Assembly: GCA_041658985.1 (NCBI GenBank)
Contig: JBAZZC010000003.1
Location: 10,540-74,539 of the forward strand
Source: Minisyncoccota bacterium
GTDB taxonomy: Bacteria; Patescibacteriota; Minisyncoccia; Phycocordibacterales; DATDWN01
DNA: 64,000 bases
Direction: 5' to 3'
Part shown: piece after piece, positions 28,029 through 38,760 of the stretch
Position numbering within the stretch: position 1 is the first letter of the stretch
How the letters are laid out: the number at the start of each line of letters is the position of its first letter
The notes under the pieces: model-generated
Databases searched by the model: none
Told to the model about the DNA's origin: nothing
Seen by the model: only the letters and a program-made list of their open reading frames with translations
Made by a program: the position numbers and the translations under genes

Positions 28029-28580
28029 ATGTTATATACGAGGAAAGGAGATCAGGGTGACACATCAACATTTGGTTGTGACCAAAGAATTTCAAAAAGT
28101 TCAGCAATAGCTGAAGCTTTGGGTTCTATGGATGAAATTAATTCTTTTCTCGGTATTTGTAAAATAAAATCAACCGAAAAAAATCTTAAGCTTGGTGATA
28201 AAAATATTAGTGACATTGTGCATGATATTCAACAAACACTTTTCATAATTCAAGCAGAATTGGCTGGTGCCGACAAAAAGGTAGCAGAAGAAAAAGTTTT
28301 AGAAATTGAGGGTTTGATAGGAGAGATAGAAAAATTGCTTCCACCAATAAAATCCTTTTTTATTTCGGGGGGAACAGAACTTGGGGCCACATTTGATGTG
28401 GCTCGGACTATTGCCAGGAGGGCAGAGAGGCGAGTGGTGCAGGTGATAGAAGAGGGAACCCGACCCGTTGGTCCAAATACAAAAAAATACATGAACCGAT
28501 TATCTAGTATTCTCTATGCTCTAGCTAGACTTTCTAACCACTTGGGTGGTATAAATGAGGAGTCTCCAAGTTATAAATAG
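28029..28580 (+). CDS. PduO-type ATP:cob(I)alamin adenosyltransferase
   Basis: YTRKGD.G.T, G.MDE.NS, ART..RRAER, YMNRLS. Confidence 0.92.
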   Translation: MLYTRKGDQGDTSTFGCDQRISKSSAIAEALGSMDEINSFLGICKIKSTEKNLKLGDKNISDIVHDIQQTLFIIQAELAGADKKVAEEKVLEIEGLIGEIEKLLPPIKSFFISGGTELGATFDVARTIARRAERRVVQVIEEGTRPVGPNTKKYMNRLSSILYALARLSNHLGGINEESPSYK

Positions 28581-28601
28581 TGTTATAATTCAGGAGTTAA
28601 T

Positions 28602-28673
28602 GGTGGCTATGGTGTAGCGGTAACACAGAAGCTTGTGGAGCTTTTATCTCCGGTTCGACCCCGGATAGCCACC
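28602..28673 (+). tRNA. tRNA-His(GUG)
   Basis: G-1:C73 pair, AAGC-TTGTGGA-GCTT anticodon arm. Confidence 0.9.
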
Positions 28674-28677
28674 CAAG

Positions 28678-28773
28678 ATGACGGGAACTTATTTTCAAGG
28701 AAATAGTTTACATCCTCAACATATTTCAGTTGGGGCCGTTTTAGTCAATGAAAAGGGTGAGATTTGTGGATAA
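28678..28773 (+). pseudogene. Probable 5' remnant of a NUDIX hydrolase
   Basis: MTGTYFQGNSLHPQHISVGAVLVNEKGEICG* resembles the first NUDIX strands; truncated at the copper-operon promoter. Confidence 0.4.
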
Positions 28774-28781
28774 CTATGGAC

Positions 28782-28811
28782 TTGACTTATAATACCCCCT
28801 GGGGGTATAAT
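28782..28811 (+). promoter_or_regulatory. Sigma-70 promoter with CsoR operator
   Basis: TTGACT..TATAAT overlapping ATACCCCCTGGGGGTAT, the C/G-tract palindrome typical of CsoR sites. Confidence 0.85.
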
Positions 28812-28840
28812 GATCATGTTATCAAATAATTAATAAATAT

Positions 28841-29062
28841 ATGATGTACTATTACAGCAACTTCCTTCCGTTTTCTTTTTTTGGACCAGTACTTATGGTT
28901 CTATTTTGGGTTTTAGTTATTTATTTAATTATTTCTCTCCTTAGGAGAACACCACACCATTACGAAGGTAATAATGCAGTAGAAATATTGAAGGAAAGAT
29001 ATGCCAGGGGTGAAGTCACCAAGGAACAATTTGAAGTAATAAAAAAAGATTTACAAAAGTAA
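28841..29062 (+). CDS. SHOCT-domain membrane protein
   Basis: TM plus A.EILKERYARGE.TKEQF. Confidence 0.88.
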   Translation: MMYYYSNFLPFSFFGPVLMVLFWVLVIYLIISLLRRTPHHYEGNNAVEILKERYARGEVTKEQFEVIKKDLQK

Positions 29063-29070
29063 TCATATGA

Positions 29071-29173
29071 ATCCCGTACGAAATTTATGTTATTTGTCTT
29101 ACGGGATAAATATTAGTAAATAATAGTTAATAAAAAATAAAGGTGAATAAATAGCTTTTATTTCGTACGGGAT
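29071..29173 (+). mobile_element. Family-2 TIR element (103 bp)
   Basis: Perfect ATCCCGTACGAAAT / ATTTCGTACGGGAT; internal TACGGGAT at 29100-29107; supplies csoR ATG. Confidence 0.78.
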
Positions 29174-29435
29174 GAATTTACCAAAACAAAAACTTATTCG
29201 TCGACTAAAAATAATTGAAGGACAGGTTCGTGGACTTCAAGAAATGATAGAGAAAGACGTTTATTGTATTGATATCATCACTCAAACATCAGCCGTTAAA
29301 CAGGCACTTTCAGGTATTGAGGATGTTTTAATGGAAAGTCATTTAGAAACTTGTTTAGTACACCAAATTAAAAAAGGCAAAGAAAAACAAGCAACGGGAG
29401 AAATGCTGAAAGTTTATAGGTTAAAAAGAAAATAA
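29172..29435 (+). CDS. csoR: Copper-sensing repressor CsoR family
   Basis: [24 protein letters not shown]. Confidence 0.93.
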   Translation: MNLPKQKLIRRLKIIEGQVRGLQEMIEKDVYCIDIITQTSAVKQALSGIEDVLMESHLETCLVHQIKKGKEKQATGEMLKVYRLKRK

Positions 29436-29437
29436 CT

Positions 29438-31732
29438 ATGAGTGATACAAAAACTTACCGAATAAAAGGTATGCACTGTGCGTCATGTGCAAATATTATA
29501 GAAAAGACTTTCAGAAAAATTGAAGGTGTTTATCATGCCGAAGTAAATTATGGTACTGAAAAGACAAAAGTTTCTTTTGATGAGACAAAAACTAATCCTC
29601 ATCATCTTTCAAAAAAAATTGAACCACTTGGTTATTCTTTGATTATTCCGACAGCGGAGTCCATGGGGATGTCGGAAAGTGAACATGCGAAGCATCTTGG
29701 ATTAAATCAGTCAAAGCAGGAAAAATTAGCAGAGGTAAAAAGTATGAAAAATAAAGTTTATTCTATTTTACCTTTGGCTGTTATAAGTATTATCATAATG
29801 AGTTGGGATATTTTCTCCCAATTTGGATTAGTTAATGAGCCCTCATTCTTTTGGAGAAATATTTTTCAATATCTTCTTCCTTTGATGGCAGTGATTACAT
29901 TTGCAGTTTTGGGAAAGCCATATTTACTGGGTGTGTATCGTTTTGCGCGTTATGGCAAAGCAAACATGGATACCCTTATAGGTGTAGGAACGTCGGTGGC
30001 TTTTATATATAGTGTGATTGTTACTTTTTTTACAGAAAGTCTAAAATCATTTATAAATGTTTCCAGTGTATATTTCGACGTTACTATTATAGTTATTACT
30101 TTTATAGCTCTAGGAAAATATTTAGAGGCTCGTTCAAAAATAAAAACAGGAGATGCTATAGAAAAGCTTCTGAATCTTCAAGCCAAGACGGCTTTAGTAA
30201 TTCGTGAGGGGGTAGAAATAGAAGTACCAATAGACCAAGTTGTTCACGGTGATTTAATAATAATAAAACCAGCAGGAAAAATTCCTGTTGACGGCGTTCT
30301 TGTTTCAGGAAGTTCTTATGTAGATGAGTCAATGGTTACAGGGGAACCAATGCCTGTTTCTAAAAAAATTGGTGATAGTGTTGTTTCTGGAACAATAAAT
30401 ACAAATGGGACATTTACGCTCAAGGCGACAAAAATTGGTTCGGAAACCATGCTTGCTAGAATCATAAAAATGGTTGAAGAAGCACAAGGAAGTAAGGCTC
30501 CTATTCAAGCTCTTGCTGATAAAATATCAGGGGTTTTTGTGCCCATTGTTCTGGTTATTTCAGTTCTTTCTCTAATTTTGTGGCTTAGTATAGGTTCACA
30601 ATATTTAGGGTTTTCACAAGCACTTTCATTTGGTCTGGTTTCTTTTGTTGGTATTCTTGTTATCGCTTGTCCGTGTGCTCTAGGACTTGCAACACCGACA
30701 GCAATTATTGTTGGAGTAGGAAAGGGGGCGAGTGAAGGAATATTGATTAAAGATGCTGGAACATTAGAAAAATTAGGAAAAGTAAATGTGGTTGTGGTTG
30801 ATAAGACGGGAACATTAACCTATGGAAAACCAGAGCTTACATCAATACAAAATTTGTCTAACAAAACGGACAATGAACTCGTTTCGGTCTTGGCTTCATT
30901 AGAAAAAAGTTCTGAACATCCGATTGCTCATGCAGTTGTTTCATACGCAAATGAAAAGAAAATTGAACTTAAGTCAGTAAGTGCGTTTGACGCCATTAAG
31001 GGTAAGGGGATACAAGGTGAGATTGATGGAGTAAAATATTATGCGGGCAATACAAAACTGATACAAGATTTAGGCTTATCATTTGATACAGAATTATTTG
31101 AGAGAGAAACGATTGAAGGAAAAACTCCTATCATTGTTGCTATAAATGAGAAAGTTTTGGGTGTGGTAATGGTGGCAGATGCAATTAAACCAGAAGCGGT
31201 TGAGGCTGTAAAAAATCTTCACAAACTTGGAATAAAAATAGTAATGCTTACTGGGGATGATAAAAATACCGCGGAATTTATCGCCAAACAGGTTGGTATT
31301 GATGAAGTGGTAGCAGAGGTCATGCCTGAGGACAAATTGAATAAAATTAAGGAACTTCAGTCTCAAGGTAAGATAGTTGCTATGGCCGGAGATGGGGTCA
31401 ATGATGCTCCAGCCTTAGCCCAGGCAGATGTTGGTATAGCAATGGCCACGGGAACTGATGTGGCTATAGAAAGCGCTGGAATTACTCTTCTCCATGGAGA
31501 TATATCAAAACTTGTCAAGGCAATCAATTTATCAAAAATGACAATGCGGGGTATTAAACAAAATTTATTTTGGGCCTTCATATATAATATAGTTGGTATT
31601 CCGCTCGCTGGTGGATTATTTTATCCCATTTTCGGATGGATGTTGTCACCAGTTTTTGCGGGGTTCGCTATGGCTATGTCTTCTGTGTCTGTGGTAGGCA
31701 ACTCACTTCGCTTAAAGACAAAAAAATTATGA
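29438..31732 (+). CDS. copA: Cu(I)-translocating P1B ATPase
   Basis: [40 protein letters not shown] and MAMSS. Confidence 0.95.
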   Translation: MSDTKTYRIKGMHCASCANIIEKTFRKIEGVYHAEVNYGTEKTKVSFDETKTNPHHLSKKIEPLGYSLIIPTAESMGMSESEHAKHLGLNQSKQEKLAEVKSMKNKVYSILPLAVISIIIMSWDIFSQFGLVNEPSFFWRNIFQYLLPLMAVITFAVLGKPYLLGVYRFARYGKANMDTLIGVGTSVAFIYSVIVTFFTESLKSFINVSSVYFDVTIIVITFIALGKYLEARSKIKTGDAIEKLLNLQAKTALVIREGVEIEVPIDQVVHGDLIIIKPAGKIPVDGVLVSGSSYVDESMVTGEPMPVSKKIGDSVVSGTINTNGTFTLKATKIGSETMLARIIKMVEEAQGSKAPIQALADKISGVFVPIVLVISVLSLILWLSIGSQYLGFSQALSFGLVSFVGILVIACPCALGLATPTAIIVGVGKGASEGILIKDAGTLEKLGKVNVVVVDKTGTLTYGKPELTSIQNLSNKTDNELVSVLASLEKSSEHPIAHAVVSYANEKKIELKSVSAFDAIKGKGIQGEIDGVKYYAGNTKLIQDLGLSFDTELFERETIEGKTPIIVAINEKVLGVVMVADAIKPEAVEAVKNLHKLGIKIVMLTGDDKNTAEFIAKQVGIDEVVAEVMPEDKLNKIKELQSQGKIVAMAGDGVNDAPALAQADVGIAMATGTDVAIESAGITLLHGDISKLVKAINLSKMTMRGIKQNLFWAFIYNIVGIPLAGGLFYPIFGWMLSPVFAGFAMAMSSVSVVGNSLRLKTKKL

Positions 31733-32754
31733 AAAACGTAACTTATACATTTCATGTGGAGGGTATGCACTGCAAATCATGCAGTTTAGTAATTGAACAG
31801 GAACTTTCTGACTTATCATATGTAGAATCAGTTCAGGTGAACGGACACAAACACACAGTAACAGTCACGGGTGATTTTGAGGGTGTACCACAAGAAGAAT
31901 TAGCAAAAGACTTTTCTGTTTTACTTGCTTCACAGGGGTACACTTTTTCAGTGGAGAAAAAGGAAATCATTAAAAATTGGAGCGATTTCAAAATTGCTAT
32001 ACCGGTAGCATTGGGGTTTGTTGCGTTGTTTGTACTATTGCAAAAAATAGGGATTGTAAATATTGTAGATGCAACAAAAATGACATACGGTACTTCTTTT
32101 ATGGTTGGTATTATTGCTTCTCTTTCATCTTGTGCCGCAGTTGTTGGAGGTCTCCTTCTTTCTATGTCTGCCACTTTTGCAAAAGAAGGAGATAGGTTTA
32201 AGCCACAGTTTATGTTTCATGGCGGACGCCTTATTTCCTTTTTTGTCTTCGGAGGAATAATTGGCTTAATTGGTTCGGCTTTTACATTGAGTATTAGCGC
32301 ATCATTTACCCTTGGAATAATAATCGGTTTGGTGATGTTGATTCTAGGAATTAATCTTCTTGATGTTTTTCATTTCACAAAAAGATTTCAACCAGCAATG
32401 CCAAAATTTCTCTCTAAACATGCACTTGGTGTTTCAAAATTAAATCACGCAGCTACGCCATTTTTGGTGGGAATAGTTACATTTTTCTTGCCATGTGGTT
32501 TTACCCAATCAATGCAAATATACACTCTCTCCACCGGCAATTTTCTTTCGGGTGGGTTGACTATGCTGGTTTTTGCCTTGGGTACATTACCAGTACTTGC
32601 CTTAATTAGTTTCAGCTCATTCAATATTAAAAATAGTTCAAAATCTAGTGTATTCTTTAAATCTGCTGGACTTATTGTTATAATGTTTGCTTTATTTAAT
32701 ATTATTAATAGTTTAGTGGTTGTCGGAGTTATTCCGCCAGTTTTCAGTTTCTAG
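31729..32754 (+). CDS. HMA domain plus DsbD_2/TauE-like membrane protein
   Basis: [24 protein letters not shown]; start at MKNVTY overlapping the copA stop. Confidence 0.85.
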   Translation: MKNVTYTFHVEGMHCKSCSLVIEQELSDLSYVESVQVNGHKHTVTVTGDFEGVPQEELAKDFSVLLASQGYTFSVEKKEIIKNWSDFKIAIPVALGFVALFVLLQKIGIVNIVDATKMTYGTSFMVGIIASLSSCAAVVGGLLLSMSATFAKEGDRFKPQFMFHGGRLISFFVFGGIIGLIGSAFTLSISASFTLGIIIGLVMLILGINLLDVFHFTKRFQPAMPKFLSKHALGVSKLNHAATPFLVGIVTFFLPCGFTQSMQIYTLSTGNFLSGGLTMLVFALGTLPVLALISFSSFNIKNSSKSSVFFKSAGLIVIMFALFNIINSLVVVGVIPPVFSF

Positions 32755-32766
32755 TAGAATAAATAT

Positions 32767-33156
32767 ATGAAAGGAATCACTATATCAATAATAATTGCTG
32801 TTGGTCTTATCGGTGCAGTTCTTATTCTTGGAAAAAACAAATCTGGACCAGGAGAGGGTATTCCCGTTAATAATGTAACTATAGTAGATGGAAAACAAAT
32901 TATTGAGATACAAGCCAAAGGAGGATATTCTCCTAGAAAAAGTGTGGCCAAAGCCGGTATACCGACGATTATTCGTTTTAATACAGCAGGAACTTTTGAC
33001 TGTTCTTCTTTTGTCCGTATTCCGAGTATGAATATAAGTCAAAATCTTTCTCAGTCTGGTACTACAGACATAGATCTGGGTAGTCCTACAGTTGCTATCT
33101 TACAAGGAATGTGTGGAATGGGGATGTATCCCTTTGAAATAAATTTTACAAACTAG
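32767..33156 (+). CDS. Cupredoxin-domain protein
   Basis: GGYSP, CSS, CGMGM. Confidence 0.85.
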   Translation: MKGITISIIIAVGLIGAVLILGKNKSGPGEGIPVNNVTIVDGKQIIEIQAKGGYSPRKSVAKAGIPTIIRFNTAGTFDCSSFVRIPSMNISQNLSQSGTTDIDLGSPTVAILQGMCGMGMYPFEINFTN

Positions 33157-33196
33157 TTTTTGGAGTTTGATATTAATACTGTTATAATAAACTCTT

Positions 33197-33721
33197 ATGA
33201 AACAGGAATTTTCTGTGCACCTTGAGACCAAAAAATATCAAACTCGTTATCGTGCGGAGTTTATTACTATTACAAAAGATGTTGAAAAAGCGATAGAAAA
33301 AGCTGGTATAAAAAGAGGAACTGTATTAATTCAAACCCTTCACACAACTTGTGGTATATGGGTGAACGAAAATGAAAAAAATCTTATAGGCCCATCAGAA
33401 GAGCTTGGCTACACGTCTGATTTAAGGAAGGTTTTGGACAATTTTGCTAATCCTGCTTTGGAGTATGGTCATAATGACGTTCGTGATGGAAAAAATGTCA
33501 ACGGGAAACGTAATACGCATTTGTGTGAGCCGGATGAAAATGGAGTAATTCATGAATGTATAAATGGCCATGCCCACGCCCAGGCCTTTTTGGTTCACCC
33601 GTCAATTACGCTTATTGTGGAAGATGGAAAACTTTTGCGAGGTAGTTGGCAAGAGATAATGCTTGTTGAACTAGATCACGACAGAGAAAGAACTGTTTCT
33701 TTTCTTGTGTCTGGTCAATAA
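33197..33721 (+). CDS. yjbQ: YjbQ/UPF0047 family protein
   Basis: HTT.GI.VNENE, Y.HN, NGHAH, G.WQ.I...ELD. Confidence 0.88.
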   Translation: MKQEFSVHLETKKYQTRYRAEFITITKDVEKAIEKAGIKRGTVLIQTLHTTCGIWVNENEKNLIGPSEELGYTSDLRKVLDNFANPALEYGHNDVRDGKNVNGKRNTHLCEPDENGVIHECINGHAHAQAFLVHPSITLIVEDGKLLRGSWQEIMLVELDHDRERTVSFLVSGQ

Positions 33722-33726
33722 CTTTT

Positions 33727-34647
33727 ATGATAGATAATATTTTAATCACTGAAAAATCAGTTGACTACGAACTGCTCGATAGTGGCGAGGGGGAAAAATT
33801 AGAGAGATATGGAAAGGTTGTTCTTTCTCGTCCAGACCCACAAGCCATCTGGTCAAAGTCATTACCTGAATCAGAATGGAAAAAAGCTGATGCCGTCTTC
33901 AGTCGTGTCGGTACAACAGGGAAATGGGAAGTAGTAGCTAGTAGTAAGCATCTAGCATCTAAAGGGGGGTTTTGGAACATTCAATTAGATAACTTAACTT
34001 TTCAGTTACAACTTTTACCTTCAAAACATATTGGAGTTTTTTCAGAACAGAGTGAACAGTGGAAATGGCTAGAGGAAAAAATTGTTTCCCGTATTTCGCC
34101 GGAGCGAAGCGAAGGCAACAAAACATATAAGGCGCAAGCTACGACAGTTCTGAATTTATTTGGTTACACGGGTGGTGCCAGTTTGGCTTGCGCCAGGGCT
34201 GGAGCAGAAGTTTGTCATGTAGATAGTTCAGAATTTGCTGTTGATTTGGCTCATACTAATATGAAACTTTCTGGCCTTTCGGATAAAAAAATAAGATTTA
34301 TTGTTGATGATGTCAGAAAATTTGTGGAAAGAGAAATAAAAAGAAAGAAAAAATACGACGTAATTATTTTAGACCCACCTATTTATGGTAAGGGCACGAA
34401 AAAAGAAGTGTGGAAGGTTGAAGATGACTTGTTGCCTTTTTTGCTTCACCTAAAAAATATTATTTCAGATAATCCATTAGCTATCGTTCTAAATGGTTAT
34501 GCTTCAAATTATTCTAGCATCACCTACGTTCAATTACTTGAAACTTTAAAATTAAAAGGCAAAATTACTCACGGTGAATTGGCTATAAAGGAATCATCAG
34601 CTGGTAGGCTCTTGCCTTGCGGCATATTTGCTCGTTGGGAACAGTAA
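33727..34647 (+). CDS. Class I SAM-dependent methyltransferase (RlmI/RlmK-like)
   Basis: YELLDSG.GEKLERYG, VLNLFGYTG, YD.IILDPP.YG. Confidence 0.9.
   Translation: MIDNILITEKSVDYELLDSGEGEKLERYGKVVLSRPDPQAIWSKSLPESEWKKADAVFSRVGTTGKWEVVASSKHLASKGGFWNIQLDNLTFQLQLLPSKHIGVFSEQSEQWKWLEEKIVSRISPERSEGNKTYKAQATTVLNLFGYTGGASLACARAGAEVCHVDSSEFAVDLAHTNMKLSGLSDKKIRFIVDDVRKFVEREIKRKKKYDVIILDPPIYGKGTKKEVWKVEDDLLPFLLHLKNIISDNPLAIVLNGYASNYSSITYVQLLETLKLKGKITHGELAIKESSAGRLLPCGIFARWEQ
34096..34147 (+). repeat. 52-bp in-frame coding repeat, copy 2 (SPERSEGNKTYKAQATT)
   Basis: 50/52 identical to the ruvA copy. Confidence 0.9.
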
Positions 34648-34651
34648 AGAA

Positions 34652-35191
34652 ATGAACTCACTTGATATATTTATTCAAAATTATTTTTCCACAGTACGTA
34701 CACCATTTACGACAGAATTTGCCTATATTGTTAGCCGTTTTTTTGATGTGACTGATTGGGAGGGTGCGATTGCCTTTATAGCCATGGTTTTTTGTATTTT
34801 TGTTTTGATTTATTTATTTAGGAATAAAAAATATAGTTTTTTATTCCTCTTTACCCTTTTTTGTGGGGCAATTATAATTTATTTTTTAAAAATGCTCTTT
34901 GGGGTTGCTCGTCCTCTTGATGGAGTAATTATTGCGTTTGGTCAGAGTTTTCCTAGTTATCATGCGACTATGGCTACAATGTTTTTTGCAATGCTCATGT
35001 ATATATTTGATGATCATTTTAATAGTCTTGGACGGATAATATTTAACTTAGCTTGTGTCGTTGGTATTTTTCTTGTTGCTATAAGTCGTGTCTATTTGGG
35101 GGTACACTGGTTAAGTGATGTAATCGGTGGTATTGTGCTTGGTGTGTTAATCTGTTTTATGGCAACCAAGGTTTTTAAATATTTTAAATAG
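34652..35191 (+). CDS. PAP2 family phosphatase
   Basis: K..F...RP, SFPS.H, SRVYLGVHWLSDV. Confidence 0.92.
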   Translation: MNSLDIFIQNYFSTVRTPFTTEFAYIVSRFFDVTDWEGAIAFIAMVFCIFVLIYLFRNKKYSFLFLFTLFCGAIIIYFLKMLFGVARPLDGVIIAFGQSFPSYHATMATMFFAMLMYIFDDHFNSLGRIIFNLACVVGIFLVAISRVYLGVHWLSDVIGGIVLGVLICFMATKVFKYFK

Positions 35192-35192
35192 T

Positions 35193-36032
35193 ATGCTTTT
35201 ACTTTCAGGCAAGGAAGTACAGGAATATCTTAAGGATGAACTCGAGAAAAAAATTGAGCATCTTGGTGTTGTACCAAAGCTGGTTATTTTACAAATAGGT
35301 GATAATGAACAATCAAATGTTTATATCAAAAGAAAGAAAAAATTTGGAGAAGAATTAGGTATTGCTGTTGAGCACAGGAAATTTGAAGAAAATATTAAAG
35401 AGGAAGATTTGTTGAAAAATATTGAAAAATATAATCAAGACAAAACAGTTGGTGGTATTATTGTCCAACTTCCAATACCAAAAAATCTAAATAAATCAAA
35501 TGTCTTAAATGCGATTACTCTAAAAAAAGATGTTGATGGTTTGGGAGTTGTTCAAACTGGTTTGTTTTACAGTGGAGACTCACAAGCAATTACTCCGGCT
35601 ACAGCACGAGGGATTATTTCTCTTTTGGATTTTTACAAAATTAATTTGGAATCAAAAAATGTAGTAGTTATTGGTCGGTCTAGTTTGGTTGGTAGGCCCG
35701 TAGGGGAGATGTGTCTTAAAAGAAACGCAACGGTTACAATTTGTCATTCACACACAAAAGATTTAAAAGAAATCACAAAGAAAGCGGATATCTTGATTGT
35801 TGCTTGTGGTGTGCCTTGCCTTGTAGATTCTTCTTATGTAAAAGAGGGTCAGGTTGTTGTTGATGTCGGGATTCATCGTACCAGGGGTGGCCTCTGTGGG
35901 GATGTAGATTTTGATGATGTAAAAAATATTATTTCGGCTATTTCTCCTGTGCCTGGCGGTGTTGGGCCCCTAACAGTAGTGTCTCTGTTTCAGAATCTAG
36001 TAGATTGCACAGTAGACATGCAAAAATCTTAA
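35193..36032 (+). CDS. folD: Methylenetetrahydrofolate dehydrogenase/cyclohydrolase
   Basis: Y...K, IIVQLP, KDVDG, GRS..VG.P, PVPGGVGP.T. Confidence 0.96.
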   Translation: MLLLSGKEVQEYLKDELEKKIEHLGVVPKLVILQIGDNEQSNVYIKRKKKFGEELGIAVEHRKFEENIKEEDLLKNIEKYNQDKTVGGIIVQLPIPKNLNKSNVLNAITLKKDVDGLGVVQTGLFYSGDSQAITPATARGIISLLDFYKINLESKNVVVIGRSSLVGRPVGEMCLKRNATVTICHSHTKDLKEITKKADILIVACGVPCLVDSSYVKEGQVVVDVGIHRTRGGLCGDVDFDDVKNIISAISPVPGGVGPLTVVSLFQNLVDCTVDMQKS

Positions 36033-36068
36033 ATTGTGTTATAATGACAGTATTATTAAATTAAATTC

Positions 36069-36203
36069 ATCCGCACACTAACATTAGTATTGTGTCTTAC
36101 GTTGCTCTACTGGGTATTAAACAGAGTAATGAAGGATAAAATGATGAAGTAAACAAATCAAGATTAGACACAATTGCAACGATACCAATGTTAGTGTGCG
36201 GAT
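36069..36203. mobile_element. Family-1 TIR element, copy 6 (135 bp)
   Basis: ATCCGCACACTAACATTAGTAT / ATACCAATGTTAGTGTGCGGAT; inner TGTGTCT..CGTTGC / AGACACA..GCAACG. Confidence 0.87.
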
Positions 36204-36211
36204 AAAATTTT

Positions 36212-37066
36212 ATGAACCAATTATTTGATACCTCTAATTTAGATAATCCACAAAAAAGACGATTTCTCAATGCCCTAATAGCCACCTTTATTTTATTGGC
36301 TATCTTTCTTGGTGTTAAGATTATTAATTCTATAAAGGAATACTCTTATATTGGTAGTGGAGTTTATCCGACAAACACCATTATGGTTTCTGGAACAGGT
36401 GAAGTTTTTGCTGTCCCAGATATTGCCTCTTTCTCTTTCTCTGTTAACGAGGTGGGTAAGACAGTAAAAGAGGCTCAGGATAAAGCAAGTACAAAGATGA
36501 ACTCAATTCTTGAGGCACTGAAAGGTATGGCCATTGAAGATAAAGATATTAAAACAACAGGATATAATTCTGGTCCAAAGTATGAATGGAAACAGGGTGT
36601 TTGTCCTCCAGTACCAATAGGAGAAGGAGTTGCTGGGGTGGATTATTACTGTTCACAAGGGAAGAATACCTTAGTTGGATATGAAGTTAATCAATCAATT
36701 ACTGTAAAGATTAGGAAAACAGATGAGGCTGGAAAAGCCTTAACTAAGGTTGGAGAACTCGGAGCAGAAGATATAAGTAGCTTATCGTTTGTGGTTGACG
36801 ACTTGGACGCTGTTAAAGCCGAAGCAAGAGATAAAGCCATCGTAAATGCAAAAGAAAAAGCAAAAAAACTTTCAAAATCACTTGGTATTAAATTGGTCAA
36901 AATAGTAAGTTATAGTGATTCAGGAGATTATTCTCCAATGTATTATGATGCTATGGAGGTGAAAGGTATGGGGGGTGGAATGGTTTCTTCTTCTGTTGCT
37001 CCACAAATTCCTGTTGGAGAGAACACAATCGTGTCAAACGTGTCCATCACCTACGAAGTAAAGTAG
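36212..37066 (+). CDS. SIMPL (DUF541) domain protein
   Basis: VSGTGEV.A.PD.A, DIKT..Y...P.Y, AR.KA..NAK.KA..L, I..GE. Confidence 0.9.
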   Translation: MNQLFDTSNLDNPQKRRFLNALIATFILLAIFLGVKIINSIKEYSYIGSGVYPTNTIMVSGTGEVFAVPDIASFSFSVNEVGKTVKEAQDKASTKMNSILEALKGMAIEDKDIKTTGYNSGPKYEWKQGVCPPVPIGEGVAGVDYYCSQGKNTLVGYEVNQSITVKIRKTDEAGKALTKVGELGAEDISSLSFVVDDLDAVKAEARDKAIVNAKEKAKKLSKSLGIKLVKIVSYSDSGDYSPMYYDAMEVKGMGGGMVSSSVAPQIPVGENTIVSNVSITYEVK

Positions 37067-37183
37067 ATTTGACTAATTAGGGGGAATGGAGTACTATTAT
37101 CTCATTCCCCAGGCGGGGTTTTTTAGTAAGAGAGTTTGAAGGTTACTTTATAACTTTCAACTTTATAACTTTATAACTTATTC

Positions 37184-37363
37184 ATGAGCCTACTTACTTA
37201 TTTTAAAGATACGCAGGGAGAGTTGAAACATGTGTCTTGGCCAACTCGTAATCAAACAATTGCCTTCACTATTGTTGTTGTTCTTATTTCTGTGTTCGTT
37301 TCTTTTTTCTTGGGATTTTTTGATTATATTTTCGAATTGATTATTGGCAAGTTCATCATTTAA
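37184..37363 (+). CDS. secE: Preprotein translocase SecE (59 aa, absent from ORF track)
   Basis: Hand translation contains ELKHVSWPTR plus one TM; directly upstream of nusG. Confidence 0.93.
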   Translation: MSLLTYFKDTQGELKHVSWPTRNQTIAFTIVVVLISVFVSFFLGFFDYIFELIIGKFII

Positions 37364-37369
37364 CTTACT

Positions 37370-37915
37370 ATGTCAAAACAACAAATACACAGTACTAGAA
37401 ATTGGTATGTTGTTCATACATATGCCGGATATGAAAATGCGGTGATGCGTAATTTGAAACAGCGCATAGAATCACTTGGAATGGAGGATAAAATTTTTAA
37501 TGTCTTAGTTCCAACTGAGAAAAAAATAAAAATTAAAGGTGGAAAACGAGTCGAGGAGGAAGAAAAAATTTACCCTGGATATATTTTGGTAGACATGATA
37601 GTAACCGAAGATTCATGGTTTGTTGTTAGAAATACTCCTCGCGTAACTGGTTTTGTTGGCTCTGGTGTTTATCCTGTGCCGATTGACCCCAAGGAAGCAG
37701 AAGAGCTTTTTAAACGAATGGATGCACATACTGTTAAGCACAAGATTGACCTTTCTTTAAACGACGCTGTAACTATTGTGGACGGTCCGTTCAAAGACCT
37801 TGATGGTAAGGTTAGTGAGGTAGATGAAGAGCGGGGGAAAGTTAAGGTTTTGGTGGCTATGTTTGGCCGGGAAACCCCAGTAGAGTTGGACTTCTTGCAA
37901 GTCAAGAAAATTTAA
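37370..37915 (+). CDS. nusG: Transcription factor NusG
   Basis: WYVVHTY.GYE, PGYILV, VRNTPRVTGFVG, KOW, FGRETPVEL. Confidence 0.97.
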   Translation: MSKQQIHSTRNWYVVHTYAGYENAVMRNLKQRIESLGMEDKIFNVLVPTEKKIKIKGGKRVEEEEKIYPGYILVDMIVTEDSWFVVRNTPRVTGFVGSGVYPVPIDPKEAEELFKRMDAHTVKHKIDLSLNDAVTIVDGPFKDLDGKVSEVDEERGKVKVLVAMFGRETPVELDFLQVKKI

Positions 37916-37938
37916 GGTAATCTTGGAAACACACAATT

Positions 37939-38361
37939 ATGGCAAAGAAAATAACAAAAAAATTAAAGCTCGTTATTCCAGCAGGTAAGGCAACACCAGC
38001 TCCTCCTACGGGCCCGGCCCTAGGTCAGGCGGGGGTAGCTATTGGCGAGTTTGTTAAGCAGTTTAACGACGCCACAGCTAAAATGGTTGGAGATATTGTT
38101 CCTGTAGAAATTACAGTATATGAAGACAGGACATTCTCTTTTGTATTAAAAACACCTCCAACCTCAAGCCTTATTCTTAAGGCTCTAGGTAAAGAAAAAG
38201 GTTCAGGCAAAAACACTATTTCAAAAGTCGGAACTCTAACAAAGGCACAGTTAAAAGAAATCGCCGAAAAGAAACTGCCCGATTTGAGTGCAAACGACAT
38301 TGACGCTGCTATGAAAATTGTCGCTGGTTCGGCACGTTCAATGGGCGTTGATATCAAGTAA
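37939..38361 (+). CDS. rplK: 50S ribosomal protein L11
   Basis: [25 protein letters not shown]. Confidence 0.97.
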   Translation: MAKKITKKLKLVIPAGKATPAPPTGPALGQAGVAIGEFVKQFNDATAKMVGDIVPVEITVYEDRTFSFVLKTPPTSSLILKALGKEKGSGKNTISKVGTLTKAQLKEIAEKKLPDLSANDIDAAMKIVAGSARSMGVDIK

Positions 38362-38367
38362 TTTTCT

Positions 38368-38760
38368 ATGGAAAAAGTATATCTAGGTTGTTCTCTAACT
38401 GGAGCACCTGAGTCTTTTAAATCAGAGGTAAAAGACCTGATTTTTCTCTTAGAAAAATCTTACACGGTTTTGCCTTTTTTTAGCTTCACCAATAAAATTG
38501 CGAAAAATAACCGCGAGGTCTTTGAATTTGATATGAATCAAATCAAAGAAGCTGATTTTATGATAGCTATTTGTTCACATCCATCAACAGGAATGGGTTA
38601 TGAAATCAAAGAAACATTATCACAAGGAAAAAAAGTTTTTGCTTTTGCTAAAGACGGAGATGGTGTCAGTAAATTTATAGATAATGGTATTATAGATTCC
38701 AACTACAAATTTTCCAGAGTAGAAAATTTAAAAGATATAATAAATATTATTTTTTCTTGA
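38368..38760 (+). CDS. Nucleoside 2-deoxyribosyltransferase / Rcl-like N-hydrolase family
   Basis: KVYLG, D...I..AD..IA...PS.G.GYE. Confidence 0.75.
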   Translation: MEKVYLGCSLTGAPESFKSEVKDLIFLLEKSYTVLPFFSFTNKIAKNNREVFEFDMNQIKEADFMIAICSHPSTGMGYEIKETLSQGKKVFAFAKDGDGVSKFIDNGIIDSNYKFSRVENLKDIINIIFS

